Assembly (NCBI GenBank): GCA_026129095.1
Contig: JAHCIT010000008.1
Location: 133,021-197,020, forward strand
Source: Deltaproteobacteria bacterium
GTDB taxonomy: Bacteria > JAGRBM01 > JAHCIT01
Direction of reading: 5' to 3'
DNA length: 64,000 nucleotides
In this document: positions 17,147-27,828 of the stretch, in pieces
Numbering within the stretch: the first letter of the stretch is position 1
Layout of the letters: every line of letters begins with the position of its first letter
Notes under the pieces: generated by a model
Told to the model about the DNA's origin: nothing
Seen by the model: only the letters and a program-made list of their open reading frames with translations
Databases searched by the model: none
Position numbers and translations under genes: made by a program

Positions 17147-20100
17147 ATGGATCAGGAACCGGCAGCCGGAACTACCGCCCCCCCTCGGGGACCCACCCGC
17201 CATGCAGAAGCCCATGTGCCGTGGCCGGTATGGGCGGTTCTGTACGAAGCCCGCTGGCGCCTGAGGGGTGCCGCGCTGGTCCGTACATTCCTCGCCCTCA
17301 TGATGGGAACCGGCATGACCGCAACCGGCCTGTTGCTGGCCTACCCATATGCCCGTGACACCCGGCTGGGGCTCCCGCTTCTGGTGGTAATGGCATGGAT
17401 AACGGTCTGCGCCGGTGCGGGTCTGGCAATCTGGTGGTTCCTGCTCGACCGGTTTTCCAGCCGGGATATCGCCCGACGTATCGAGGACCGCCACCCGGAA
17501 CTGAGTGGCGCCTTTTCGAATACGATCGAGTTTCAGCATTGGCTGTCGGGCAAGCAGAAACCGCCGGAAGGCATCTCCCTTGAACTGGCCGCGGAGGAGT
17601 TCGCAAGAGCCTCGCATGAGGCTGGACGCCTCCGCATGGGGAGGCTCAACAACTGGAGACAGGTTGGATGGCTGGCACTGGCCTCGCTGGCACCCGTTCT
17701 GATTGCCGGCAGTCTCATTCTGGCTGACTCTTTCCGGGCGCGCCGGGCATGGATCGCCTTCCGTGAGCCCCGGCAGGCCGTTCAGGAAATCAGGGCCGCG
17801 CTGGAAACCACCGGTGCGCAGTTCGATCCGGCCAAGATCGCCGCTGTCCGGGTCGAGCTGCACTACCCTGACTATCTTGCCCTGCCACCGACCATCATCG
17901 AAGCAAGCGACGGTTCCATCGAGGCCATACGGGGAACCCGCGTCATACTGGATATCCGTACGCTGGAGAATGTCCGCGCGGCCCGCATGGGGTTCGCTGA
18001 TGGCGGGTCTGCGTTCACCAGCGGCCCCGCTTCACCCAGGCCGGCCGTGGAGGTAACCAGCAGCCGTTCGCTCAAGGCCGAGTTCATCACCGGCACCAGC
18101 GGCGTCCTGTATTTCTACTATCGCCGTCCCTGGCGGATCGGAGAGAGCCGCTCCCAGGCGTTCCGGATCACCGTCACCGACGATCTCACGCCACGGGTCG
18201 AGATGCCCGAACCCGCCGGAGAGAGGAAAGTGAAACCCGGCGATGAGTTCACGGTTCGCTACCATGCCTTCGATGACCACGCCCTCACGAAGCTCCAGCT
18301 GAGGCTGAAGGGGCGGCTGGTCGATGAAACCCGGGAACTCCCCGCGCCTGAACCGGGTTCCTCCAGTGCGGGCGGGGAATACAAACTGGAACTCGGTTCG
18401 GTGGATCTCACGGGAGAGGAAGAGGTCGAGCTCTTCATCGAAGCGCTCGACAACGATACCGTATCCGGCCCCAAGACCGGTGTTTCGCCCAAGGCACGAC
18501 TCCTGCTCCGGGCCGACGAACGGGAACTGCTCGCCATCCTCGACAACCAGGAGCGGATTCTCGCCGGAATGATCGACTGGCTGGGCGGGAATCTCCAGTC
18601 CTACCCGCGTTCGGACTCCCCGCAGGCAGAAGCCGTTCTGGCCGATTTCATGATGCTGGTTCGGCGCGGGCAGGATGTGGTGACAGCACTCGACGAAACC
18701 GTCACTGCCATGCGGAATAATCCGCTGGCCGACGAGAACGCCACCGAAGCGCTCGATAATATCTACAAGGATCTGTCCGAAGGGGCCCGCCGGTTTGAAC
18801 AGGCCGGAACCCGGATAGGGTTTCCAAAGCAGCTTCCGGGCACGCCCGCAGCAGCGGCCGGCAGCCTGACGTCAGTGGCCGGCGAACAGGTGCCCCCGCT
18901 GGAAAAGCACATCCTCTTTCTGGATACACTGATCTCAAAACAGCGGCTTGACGAGGCCCTGAGGCCCCGCGAGGAGATCGATGCGATCAAGAACCGGATC
19001 CGGGAACTGATCGATGAATACCGCAAGACCGGCGACAAGGCACTGCTGGAGCAGATCCGCAAACTCAGCAACCGGCTCAAGGAACTCGTGAGCCGGACCA
19101 TGATGGATGCCGCCCGGCGGTTTGATGATCTTCCTGATGAATACGTGAACAAGACTGAGCGCAAGAAGGAGATGGAAGAACTCGAAAAGCTCTCGGACCA
19201 GCTTGCTGGCGAGCAGTTCGACGATCTCTCGGCGCTGGAGAACTATCTCAACCAGCTGGACGACACCTTCGACAACATGGATCTCGCCCGGTCGGCGTTC
19301 GCCAGTGAGGCATTCTTCAAGGAACTGGGCAGGCTCACGGAACTGGAACGGAAGGTGGCCGCCCTGGAGAAGGAACAGAAGGAAATCGTCCAGGAAATCG
19401 AGAAGCTGCGCGGGAACGAAAGCGACAACCCGTTCACCAAGGCAGAACAGGAACAGATACGGCAAAGTATCGAGGCCGCCAGCCGTCACCTGGAAAGCGC
19501 AGGCCGCCTGCAGGGGAACCGCGAACGGCAGCTTTTCCGCGAGCTGATGGAAGCCCGGCAGCAAGGCGACCAGGCGCGGCTGCAGCAGATCCAGCAGGAA
19601 CTCCAGAATGAGCAGATGCAGCGGCTCAACCAGCGGCTGTCGAATGCCTCCCGGCAGGCCGAGAGCGCGAAAAACGACTTCGAGGCGCTGAATCTCGGTG
19701 GTGCGATGGCCAGTCTGAAAGGCCTTGAGCGGGAAGCGGCCAACCTCGCCCAGCGGACGAGCGAAAAGGGGAGCGAGCCGGGAGAACCCGGGCCCAGGGG
19801 CGACGCGCAGAAGGCCTCCGAACATATCCGGAACGCCGCCCAGCTTCTCGAAAGAAAGCTGGCAGAAGCAGCCCAGCAGAAACCCGGCCGCCAGGCACGG
19901 CAAGGCCAGTCAGACCGGCTCGGCGAACGGCAGGGGCGGGCCCAGAAGCAGGCACAGGAACTGGCCGAACAACTGAAGGAACTGGCCGGAGGTTCACCCA
20001 TGATTCCCGGCGAAAGCGGCCCCGAGATGGATTCCGCAGCGGGCGAAATGGGAACGTCATCCGGTCAGCTCGGCCAGGGCCGTCCACAGGCGGCATTAAG

Positions 20101-20416
20101 CCCGTCCGCTTCGGCCAGCAGCCGGCTGCAGTCGATCCGCCAGGGTCTCAGCCAGGCCCGGCAGCGGATGGAAAACGGCATGCAGAGCGGCGGCCGCAGT
20201 GGGATGGCATCCGGCGGGATGCCTGGTGGCGGCCGCTCGCGTGGCCGCGAGGGCGGGGATGGAATCTGGCAGAGCGACCCGAACGTGGAAATCCCTGGCG
20301 CCGGAGAAGCCCGCGCCCCGAGCAAGGACGAGATCATCAACTCGATGAAAGAGCCCGCCCCGAAGGCGTACACGCCCCAGAACCGCGACTACTACAAGAA
20401 CCTGATGCAGAACTAG
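17147..20416 (+). CDS. DUF4175-like membrane-anchored coiled-coil protein
   Basis: N-terminal TMs, YPDYL, AFDDHAL, EALDNDTVSGPK, long Q/E-rich coiled coil, C-terminal DYYKNL. Confidence 0.8.
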   Translation: MDQEPAAGTTAPPRGPTRHAEAHVPWPVWAVLYEARWRLRGAALVRTFLALMMGTGMTATGLLLAYPYARDTRLGLPLLVVMAWITVCAGAGLAIWWFLLDRFSSRDIARRIEDRHPELSGAFSNTIEFQHWLSGKQKPPEGISLELAAEEFARASHEAGRLRMGRLNNWRQVGWLALASLAPVLIAGSLILADSFRARRAWIAFREPRQAVQEIRAALETTGAQFDPAKIAAVRVELHYPDYLALPPTIIEASDGSIEAIRGTRVILDIRTLENVRAARMGFADGGSAFTSGPASPRPAVEVTSSRSLKAEFITGTSGVLYFYYRRPWRIGESRSQAFRITVTDDLTPRVEMPEPAGERKVKPGDEFTVRYHAFDDHALTKLQLRLKGRLVDETRELPAPEPGSSSAGGEYKLELGSVDLTGEEEVELFIEALDNDTVSGPKTGVSPKARLLLRADERELLAILDNQERILAGMIDWLGGNLQSYPRSDSPQAEAVLADFMMLVRRGQDVVTALDETVTAMRNNPLADENATEALDNIYKDLSEGARRFEQAGTRIGFPKQLPGTPAAAAGSLTSVAGEQVPPLEKHILFLDTLISKQRLDEALRPREEIDAIKNRIRELIDEYRKTGDKALLEQIRKLSNRLKELVSRTMMDAARRFDDLPDEYVNKTERKKEMEELEKLSDQLAGEQFDDLSALENYLNQLDDTFDNMDLARSAFASEAFFKELGRLTELERKVAALEKEQKEIVQEIEKLRGNESDNPFTKAEQEQIRQSIEAASRHLESAGRLQGNRERQLFRELMEARQQGDQARLQQIQQELQNEQMQRLNQRLSNASRQAESAKNDFEALNLGGAMASLKGLEREAANLAQRTSEKGSEPGEPGPRGDAQKASEHIRNAAQLLERKLAEAAQQKPGRQARQGQSDRLGERQGRAQKQAQELAEQLKELAGGSPMIPGESGPEMDSAAGEMGTSSGQLGQGRPQAALSPSASASSRLQSIRQGLSQARQRMENGMQSGGRSGMASGGMPGGGRSRGREGGDGIWQSDPNVEIPGAGEARAPSKDEIINSMKEPAPKAYTPQNRDYYKNLMQN

Positions 20417-20422
20417 GCCGGG

Positions 20423-21571
20423 CTAGAGTCCCATCTGCTTGGCGATGATCACCTTCATGATCTCGTTCGAGCCGGCAAAGATCCGCTGCACGCGTGCGTC
20501 CTGGTACATCTTGGCGATCGGATATTCGAGCATGTAGCCGTATCCGCCGTGGAGCTGCACGCCGTCATCCACGACCTGGCAGAGCATGTCGGTAATCCAC
20601 CACTTCGCCATCGACACTTCCTTGACAATGTTCTTGCCCGCCATGTGGTCAACAATCAGCTTGTCCACAAACGTACGGCCGATCTCCACCTTGGTGGCCA
20701 TCTCGGCCAGCTTGAACTGGCTGTGCTGGAACTTCGAGAGGGGCTTTCCGAACACCTGCCGCTCCTGTGCGTACTTGAGCGACTCCTTCAGCGCCACTTC
20801 CGCCCCTGACTGCGCCCCCGCGCAGACCATGAGCCGCTCCTGCTGGAGCTCCTTCATCAGGATATAGAAGCCCGACCCCTCGGTTCCGAGTATGTTCGTC
20901 ACCGGTACGCGGCAGTCCTCGAACGACATCTCGGAGGTGTCCTGGGCATGGAGGCCCACCTTCTCCAGGTTACGGCCCCGCTTGAAACCGGGAGTGCTGG
21001 CCTCGACCAGGATGAGCGAAATGCCCGCATGCGGGGGATTCGCCCTGGGGTTGGTCTTGGCCGCGACGACGATGAGGTCGCAGTGCTGGCCACTGGAGAT
21101 AAACGTCTTCTGGCCATTGATGATGTAATGGTCACCGTCGCGGACGGCTGTGGTCTGGATCGAGGCGAGATCCGAACCCGTATTGGGTTCGGTCATGGCG
21201 ACAGCCAGCACGATCTCGCCCGACGCGCACTTGGGCAGGTACTTTTTCTTCTGCTCCGGTGTTCCCGACCGGAAGATGTACGGCCCCACGATGTCGTTAT
21301 GGAGTGAAAGGCTGAGTGCGGTTACACGGGCCGCGGCGCACTCCTCTGTCATCACGATCGAGTAGAGGAAGTCCGCGTCCACACCGCCATACTCCTCAGG
21401 CAGCCACGGGCAGAGAAAGCCATTCTTCCCCGCGCTGTTCCAGATCTCCCGCGGCGCAATACCCGCCTTTTCCCACTGGTCGTGGAACGGAACCACTTCC
21501 TTCTGAAGCCATTTGCGGAACGATTCGCGCAGAAGCTCGTGCTCTTCCTTGAACTGGACCAGACGGGGCAT
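20423..21571 (-). CDS. Acyl-CoA dehydrogenase (long-chain type)
   Basis: AMTEPNTGSDL, NGQKTFIS, LQQERL, QLHGGYGYMLEY, IFAGSNEIMK. Confidence 0.95.
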   Translation of the reverse strand: MPRLVQFKEEHELLRESFRKWLQKEVVPFHDQWEKAGIAPREIWNSAGKNGFLCPWLPEEYGGVDADFLYSIVMTEECAAARVTALSLSLHNDIVGPYIFRSGTPEQKKKYLPKCASGEIVLAVAMTEPNTGSDLASIQTTAVRDGDHYIINGQKTFISSGQHCDLIVVAAKTNPRANPPHAGISLILVEASTPGFKRGRNLEKVGLHAQDTSEMSFEDCRVPVTNILGTEGSGFYILMKELQQERLMVCAGAQSGAEVALKESLKYAQERQVFGKPLSKFQHSQFKLAEMATKVEIGRTFVDKLIVDHMAGKNIVKEVSMAKWWITDMLCQVVDDGVQLHGGYGYMLEYPIAKMYQDARVQRIFAGSNEIMKVIIAKQMGL

Positions 21572-21679
21572 GACGGGGACTCCTTCACCTTGACTGGATG
21601 TCAGCAATTCAGGGCCGCCGCTGACGGCCCTGTCAGCGGGGAATAGGCGCGATTGACTGGTGAGTCAATGAGCGGCGGC

Positions 21680-21916
21680 CTAATCTTCCTTATCCGCCTC
21701 CACCTCGCGGCTGAACAGGACAAACGCCATTGTTGGACGCTTGCTCGCCTCGGTCCGGACAAACTGGATCGAGTCGTAATGCCACCCCTCGGCCGTAACC
21801 GTATTGAGGATTTCCTCCAGCCGGTCATCGGTGACGGTACTGGTCTCGACCACCTTGTAGCGGATGGTGCTCTTGCCCTTCGGGCGGACTGGGGGCAGTT
21901 CTGAACGTCTGCTCAT
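21680..21916 (-). CDS. Small DUF4177-like protein
   Basis: RYKVVE...LEEILNTVTAEGW pattern; start reassigned to MSRRSE. Confidence 0.65.
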   Translation of the reverse strand: MSRRSELPPVRPKGKSTIRYKVVETSTVTDDRLEEILNTVTAEGWHYDSIQFVRTEASKRPTMAFVLFSREVEADKED

Positions 21917-21992
21917 GGAACCGGAAGCATAACGCCCGGCGGCCCCACTTGAATAGAGCCACAGAGACCATCGCCAAAGGGGCAACAGAGAA

Positions 21993-22523
21993 CTAGAGAG
22001 CCGACCTGGACGCCTTTTTGGGCGGGGCCTTGTTCTTGCGGATCTTCTTCTTGATGAGGGTCCGTTTCAGCATCGACAGGTGATCGATAAAAAGCGTCCC
22101 GTCCAGATGGTCAATTTCGTGCTGGAAGATAACGGCCAGGAAATCCTCCGCATCGATCCGGAGGTCTTTCCCGTCCAGGCCTTGCCCGGTCACAGTGACT
22201 TTCTGATAACGGTCCACTTCCTCGTTGAAGCCGGGAACCGACAGGCATCCTTCCTCGAAGGTGATTTCGCCACTGGCCTCCGTGATGACGGGATTGGCGA
22301 CAGCGATGAAATTTCCGGCCTTTTCCCCGGCCGTCGGGTCCACAACAATAAGCCGGATACTCTCGCCCACCTGCGGGGCGGCGAGCCCAACCCCCGGCGC
22401 CGCGTACAGGGTTTCGCGCATGTCATCCACGAGTTTTTTCAGCCGCGGGCCAAACTCCGCCACCGGATCGGCAATCCGCTCAAGCACGGGGTCAGGGAAG
22501 GTCCGGATATCGATAAGCGCCAT
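21993..22523 (-). CDS. def: Peptide deformylase
   Basis: GVGLAAPQVG, EGCLSVP, QHEIDHLDG. Confidence 0.97.
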   Translation of the reverse strand: MALIDIRTFPDPVLERIADPVAEFGPRLKKLVDDMRETLYAAPGVGLAAPQVGESIRLIVVDPTAGEKAGNFIAVANPVITEASGEITFEEGCLSVPGFNEEVDRYQKVTVTGQGLDGKDLRIDAEDFLAVIFQHEIDHLDGTLFIDHLSMLKRTLIKKKIRKNKAPPKKASRSAL

Positions 22524-22677
22524 GTCCATCACCTTATTAACCACGTCCGGCGGGACCGGCAAGCATGATGGCCTGTGCTGGCTGCCGCCAATCCGTTACT
22601 CATGCTCCGCCGGTTGAAACCGCACGGAACCCATATTAAAAATCGTCCTTTCATGGAGCGGCTTGGAGTGCGAGACA

Positions 22678-22935
22678 ATGACAATTCTTAAACGGCTTGG
22701 TTTCACGGTGACAGCCCTTTCCATTGGGCTTCTGCCTGCCTGCGGCAAGGAAGAATTGATCAAGGAAAACGAGTCGCTCAAGGCCCAGCTCACTGAAAAG
22801 GAAAAGGAGCTGTTCCAGGCCCAGTTTTCGCTGGACAAGTGCAATAGCGACAAGAAATACCTCCAGGACGAGATCCGCAAAATCCAGAGGCTTCCCAAGA
22901 ACGAACGCCAGATGCGCGACGTGGACCTGAAGTAA
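22678..22935 (+). CDS. Small coiled-coil lipoprotein
   Basis: Signal MTILKRLGFTVTALSIGLLPAC with lipobox Cys, then heptad-like charged region. Confidence 0.65.
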   Translation: MTILKRLGFTVTALSIGLLPACGKEELIKENESLKAQLTEKEKELFQAQFSLDKCNSDKKYLQDEIRKIQRLPKNERQMRDVDLK

Positions 22936-22945
22936 CGGGGCCCCC

Positions 22946-23914
22946 TTGGATCTGGACCAGGCGGCTGACCTTTTTCTGACGCACCTGAAAAGTGAACGGG
23001 GCCTGTCGGCCCATACCGTGTCCGGTTATGCGCTCGATGTGCGGTCCTTCGTGGAGTTCGCCACAAGGAACGGCATCCCTGACCCGAAATCGGTCACCCA
23101 GGACATGGGTAGCCGGTGGCTCGAAAGCCTCCACGCACAAGGACTTTCGGTCCGGTCGGTGTTCCGGCGGCAGGTGGGAGTGCGCGGTTTCTTCCGTTTT
23201 TTGCGCCGCGAGCGGATCATCGACAGCGATCCCTTCACAGGCCTCCCTACACCGAAACTGCCCCGCGCCCTGCCGAAGGCCCTCGGATACCCGCAAGCGG
23301 CGTCGCTGCTTGGAACCGCCTCCCGCACCGGAAAGAAGGGCAGCGCGACAAAGGCTTCACGCCCGCTGACACCCGCCGAAGCCGCCCGGCAGCTTCGCAA
23401 TCTCGCCATGATCGAACTGCTCTACGCCACGGGCCTGCGCGTCTCGGAGCTGGTCAATCTGCCTGCCGGGGCTGTCGATACCGGTGAACGGATCCTTCGC
23501 GTCCGGGGCAAGGGGGACAAGGAACGGCTCGTTCCTGTGGGCGATGCCGCCTACGAACTTCTGGACGCCTACGTCAAACAGGCCCGGCCCGCACTTCTGA
23601 ACGGCCGCGAGAGCCCGGCCCTGTTTGTCACGGCCCGTGGCCGGGCCATGACACGCCAGATGTTCTGGAACCAGGTCAGGACCTGGGCAAAGGAAGCAGG
23701 CATAAGGGCGAGCCCGCATACGCTGAGACATACATTTGCCACACACCTGCTTACCGAGGGCATTGATCTCCGCACCCTCCAGATGCTTCTGGGCCATTCG
23801 AACCTGACGACCACCGAGATCTACACCCACGTGAGCCGTGACCGGCTCCGGCAGCAGTACCAGCAGGCCCACCCCCGCGCACGGGTAAAACCCGGCCGTC
23901 CAGCAAAATCGTAA
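22946..23914 (+). CDS. xerD: Site-specific tyrosine recombinase XerD
   Basis: ELLYATGLRVSEL, GKGDKERLVP, SPHTLRHTFATHLL, LLGHSNLTTTEIYTHV; housekeeping context. Confidence 0.88.
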   Translation: MDLDQAADLFLTHLKSERGLSAHTVSGYALDVRSFVEFATRNGIPDPKSVTQDMGSRWLESLHAQGLSVRSVFRRQVGVRGFFRFLRRERIIDSDPFTGLPTPKLPRALPKALGYPQAASLLGTASRTGKKGSATKASRPLTPAEAARQLRNLAMIELLYATGLRVSELVNLPAGAVDTGERILRVRGKGDKERLVPVGDAAYELLDAYVKQARPALLNGRESPALFVTARGRAMTRQMFWNQVRTWAKEAGIRASPHTLRHTFATHLLTEGIDLRTLQMLLGHSNLTTTEIYTHVSRDRLRQQYQQAHPRARVKPGRPAKS

Positions 23915-23992
23915 CAAACGCCTGCCAGCGCTTGTCACATGGCCCACAAGCGGTGATGTTTCCGGGTCAGGAAAGGAACAGCCCGGTCACCC

Positions 23993-25540
23993 ATGAGCGT
24001 CTTCGCGGCCATCGACTGCGGCACCAACTCCTTCCGGCTCGTGACGGGCCGCAAGGATCCCGATACCGGTTACCGGTTCCTCAGCGAACTGAAGGAGCCA
24101 GTGCGCATCGGCGCGGATCTTTTTACCGGAGAGGTCATCACCGAAAAGGCCATCGAGCGGGGCATCGCCGCCCTCAACCTCTTTCAGAAGGAAATCCAGC
24201 GCGAGCCGGTGTCACGGGTAAGGTGCGTGGGGACGAGCGCTTTCCGCGAAGCGAAGAACAGTGCGGAAGTGATCGAACGGTTCCGCAAGGAGACCGGCCT
24301 CCAGCTTGAAATCATACGCGGCACGGAGGAAGCCCGCATCATCTCGCTCGGCATCCTCAAGACGCTCCGCAAGGACGGCTCGCGCTTCCTGCTGGTGGAT
24401 ATCGGCGGCGGCTCGACCGAGCTGACCATCGTTGAAAACGGTGAAGGCCACTACATCGAATCGGCCCAGGTGGGAGCCGTCCGGCTGACCAACCTGTTCC
24501 TGAAGAATGACCCGCCCTCGGAAAAGGAGCAGAAACTCCTCGCCAACTTCATTGACGACAAGCTCCGGCGACCCCTGCGGCGAATACTCGAGTCCGGGTT
24601 CGACGAGGTGGTGGGGTCTGCCGGCACCATGACCACACTGGCCAAGATGAGCCGCGAGGGCGCCAAACTCGACCGCTCCAACCTGTATACGGTGAAGACC
24701 GTCTTCGTCCGGCAACAGCTCGAACGCATCCTGGAGATGAAAACCTCCGAGCGGGCGAAACTCCCCGGCATGTCGAAGCAGCGGGCTGAAATCGCCATCG
24801 CCGGTTTTTCCATTGCCAGCTACATTCTTTCCGGGCTGGGCGTGAAACAGTTCAAGGTGTCCGGCCGGGGGCTGGTGGACGGGCTCATGATCGACATGAT
24901 CGAGGACGCCGAAAACCACCCCCTGTATTCCCAGTACCTCACACGCCAGCACCGGGCGGATTTCAATGACCTGGCCGCCCGTTACCGGCTGGACAAGATC
25001 CATGCCGAGCGGGTCCAGGGGTTTGCCCTCGACCTGTTCGACCAGATGAAGGATCTGCACCACCTGGGAGAGCGCGAGCGCAACTGGCTGTCGGCGGCCG
25101 CCTTCTTCCATGACATCGGTATGCTGATTGCCATGAACAGCCACCACAAGCATTCCGAATACATCATCCGGAACATGGATATTTCCGGCTATTCCCAGAC
25201 GGACCTGGACATGGTGGCCCGTATTGCACGGTTCCACCGCAAGGCCGAACCCACGCCCAAGCGCCCGGAAGTGGCTGTACTGTCGTCGGCCGACCAGCAG
25301 AAACTGATGTGGCTCGCGGCGATACTGCGTACTGCCGACGGCCTCGACCGGTCCCATGCCTCGCATGTGAAATCTGTCCGGGCGATCATTACCAAGGATC
25401 TCATCACCATCGAACTCGCCACGCCGTTCGATGTGGACCTCGACATCTGGGCCGCCGAAAACAAGGGCGAAATGCTGGGCAAACTCGCCGACCGCAAGGT
25501 CAAATACCGCGTGATGGACTCCGGACCGGGCGGGGAATGA
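23993..25540 (+). CDS. ppx: Ppx/GppA phosphatase with C-terminal HD domain
   Basis: AAIDCGTNSFRL, GTSAFREA, DIGGGSTE, FHDIG, HHKHS, ADGLDRSH. Confidence 0.93.
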   Translation: MSVFAAIDCGTNSFRLVTGRKDPDTGYRFLSELKEPVRIGADLFTGEVITEKAIERGIAALNLFQKEIQREPVSRVRCVGTSAFREAKNSAEVIERFRKETGLQLEIIRGTEEARIISLGILKTLRKDGSRFLLVDIGGGSTELTIVENGEGHYIESAQVGAVRLTNLFLKNDPPSEKEQKLLANFIDDKLRRPLRRILESGFDEVVGSAGTMTTLAKMSREGAKLDRSNLYTVKTVFVRQQLERILEMKTSERAKLPGMSKQRAEIAIAGFSIASYILSGLGVKQFKVSGRGLVDGLMIDMIEDAENHPLYSQYLTRQHRADFNDLAARYRLDKIHAERVQGFALDLFDQMKDLHHLGERERNWLSAAAFFHDIGMLIAMNSHHKHSEYIIRNMDISGYSQTDLDMVARIARFHRKAEPTPKRPEVAVLSSADQQKLMWLAAILRTADGLDRSHASHVKSVRAIITKDLITIELATPFDVDLDIWAAENKGEMLGKLADRKVKYRVMDSGPGGE

Positions 25541-25646
25541 GGGCACCCGGCCCCTGCCCTTGCCCGCCACCCAATCCGGTTTAGACTGTGTATAAATGGG
25601 ATGGGCCTTCTGCTGATGAAGGGCCGTCCGGAAGCCGTATAACCGC

Positions 25647-26861
25647 ATGAAATATCTCATTCTTCTTGGCGATGGCATGGCCGACCTCCCCCACCCGAAA
25701 CTGGGCGGGAAAACGCCGCTCGACCTGGCCAACAAGCCCCTGATCGACCGGTTTGCCACCTATGGCGAACTGGGCCTGTGCGACACCACGCCGAAGGGGT
25801 GTGAGCCGGGTTCCGACGTCAACAACATGGCGATCCTGGGCTACGACGCCGGGAATCTTTATACCGGCCGTTCACCGCTGGAAGCGGCGGCGATGGGATA
25901 TGAACTGAAGGATGACGATGTGGCCTTCCGGTGCAACCTCGTCACACTGGACGGCGACGGTCTCGACTCGGTGATGAAAAGCTACAGCGCCGGGTCCATC
26001 ACCACCGAGGAAGCCCGTGAGGTCATCGAAACCGTCCACGAAAAGCTGGGCGGCGACCAGGGCAGATACGGACGGTTCACCTTCCGGCCGGGCATCGCCT
26101 ACCGGCACCTTATGGTCTGGCACGGCGGCAGGGAGCGGCACGACCTCAAGCCCCCGCACAACATTGCCGACAGGCCGGTGAAGGAATGGTTCCCGGTGGA
26201 CGAGTCGCTGCGGTATCTCATGCTGGAGAGCCGCAAGTTCCTCAAGGAGCACCCGGTAAACCGGAAGCGGGTCGCTGCCGGAAAGCTCCCTGCCAACTCC
26301 GTCTGGTTCTGGGGCCAGGGCAAGCGCCCCCGCCTGCCGGAAATCACCGGCCAGATCGGCATGTCCGGGGCGATGATCTCGGCCGTGGACCTGCTGCGCG
26401 GCATCGGCAAGCTGGCCGGAATGGAAGTGATCAGGGTACCAGGCTCGACCGGTGAGATTCACACCGACTGGGACGCCGAGACCCTCGCCGCCATTGAGGC
26501 CCTGAAGCGGCATGACTTCGTGTTCCTCCACCAGGAGGCACCCGATGAGGCCGGCCATCAGGGAAATCCTGAGGACAAGATCAGGACGATCGAGTACCTG
26601 GACTCAAAACATCTGAAACCGATCGTGGATTTTCTGGATCAGAACCATCCGGACTACCGGGTACTGATCCTGCCAGACCATCCAACGCCATGGGCCACCA
26701 AGGACCACATTCCGGACCCGGTTCCTTACGTGCTTTACCGCTCCGGTGATGCCCGAAAGGGCGGCGTCACACCCCGGAAATACACCGAGCGCGATGCAGC
26801 TGCTTCAGGGATATTCATCCCACACGGCAAGGAGCTCGTTCCGAGAATGATGGCAGGCTGA
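25647..26861 (+). CDS. apgM: Cofactor-independent phosphoglycerate mutase (ApgM type)
   Basis: LGDGMAD...KTPL, PGSD, YTGRSPLEA, EAPDEAGH, PDHPTP. Confidence 0.9.
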   Translation: MKYLILLGDGMADLPHPKLGGKTPLDLANKPLIDRFATYGELGLCDTTPKGCEPGSDVNNMAILGYDAGNLYTGRSPLEAAAMGYELKDDDVAFRCNLVTLDGDGLDSVMKSYSAGSITTEEAREVIETVHEKLGGDQGRYGRFTFRPGIAYRHLMVWHGGRERHDLKPPHNIADRPVKEWFPVDESLRYLMLESRKFLKEHPVNRKRVAAGKLPANSVWFWGQGKRPRLPEITGQIGMSGAMISAVDLLRGIGKLAGMEVIRVPGSTGEIHTDWDAETLAAIEALKRHDFVFLHQEAPDEAGHQGNPEDKIRTIEYLDSKHLKPIVDFLDQNHPDYRVLILPDHPTPWATKDHIPDPVPYVLYRSGDARKGGVTPRKYTERDAAASGIFIPHGKELVPRMMAG

Positions 26862-26887
26862 CCCTGCCGGTCTGCGCGGCAGTATGA

Positions 26888-27796
26888 TCAGCGACTGGTG
26901 GCGATGAGGCTGGAAAGCCGTGCGATTTCCTTTTTCGTCCACAGTGACGGATCATACTCTTTCAGTCCGTTCGGAGCGGCGGCGTTCAACGCTGGCGGCT
27001 TGCCAAGTATCGTTCGGGCTGCCTCGCACGCTCCCGCAGGGGTTCTGCCGTCCAAACAACCCGGTATGTTCACAGTCCCGGCCACATGCAGCCCATAACG
27101 AAGCGCTTCCAGTGCCATCTTGGGCAGACCGTCATGAACCGTGGGCCGGAACAGCACGGTGGACGCGGCGTAGAGTTCGCCCAGATGGCCCCGGCTGACT
27201 TTGCCCGCATCAGTCACGTTAGATGTCGCGTTTCCGGGTAGCCTCCCTCCACCCACAGCCATGAACGGCACCGAAGGAAACTCATGGGCGAGGCTGAGGA
27301 AATGGCCAGTGCCATAGAACTCCTCCCTCCCGGGGGCCGAGTAAAACAGGACCTGATGCCGCACAGGCGCTGGACGGGAGACAAGCGAAAGATCGGGAGG
27401 CGTGAGCGGCATCAGTTCGGCCGCAATTCCCAGGACCTTGAGTTCTTCCACCAGATGCGGCGCGACAGCGGCATGCATCGTGACCGGCGAGCGCAGGACC
27501 AGTAGCTGCCGGCGCAACTCATCCCGGTTCAGGCAGTCATGGACATCGGTCCCGGCCCACAGCAGGACTATGGGACGGCGGAAGGCCTTCAGGCGTGCGA
27601 GCAGTCTTGGTGATCCCGCCATCAGGATAGCGACGAGAACGTCCCGCCGGGCGAGCTTCCATACAAGCGGGAGCAGCGATGGCCGGGCAAAGGACACGTC
27701 CACGGTGACATGGGCCCGCCACATCTCCCCGAGGGCTTGGCATATACCACTATCGCCGGTGAGCAGGATTCGGGGATCTGATTCGGCGGCCACCAT
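26888..27796 (-). CDS. Glycosyltransferase (GT-B, family 4-like)
   Basis: WAGTDV, RPTVHDGLPKMALEAL; start reassigned to MVAAESDP. Confidence 0.75.
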   Translation of the reverse strand: MVAAESDPRILLTGDSGICQALGEMWRAHVTVDVSFARPSLLPLVWKLARRDVLVAILMAGSPRLLARLKAFRRPIVLLWAGTDVHDCLNRDELRRQLLVLRSPVTMHAAVAPHLVEELKVLGIAAELMPLTPPDLSLVSRPAPVRHQVLFYSAPGREEFYGTGHFLSLAHEFPSVPFMAVGGGRLPGNATSNVTDAGKVSRGHLGELYAASTVLFRPTVHDGLPKMALEALRYGLHVAGTVNIPGCLDGRTPAGACEAARTILGKPPALNAAAPNGLKEYDPSLWTKKEIARLSSLIATSR

Positions 27797-27828
27797 CTGG
27801 GCGGAAGTGTAACCGCTTCCCGGACCTT

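Noticed and set aside
22946-23914. Tyrosine recombinase as the prophage integrase
   Set aside because: Canonical XerD-like motifs in a housekeeping context, 13 kb from the phage end.
24212-25759. 515-aa minus-strand ORF and similar long antisense ORFs elsewhere
   Set aside because: Antisense shadows of real genes (here ppx), expected from GC-rich codon bias.
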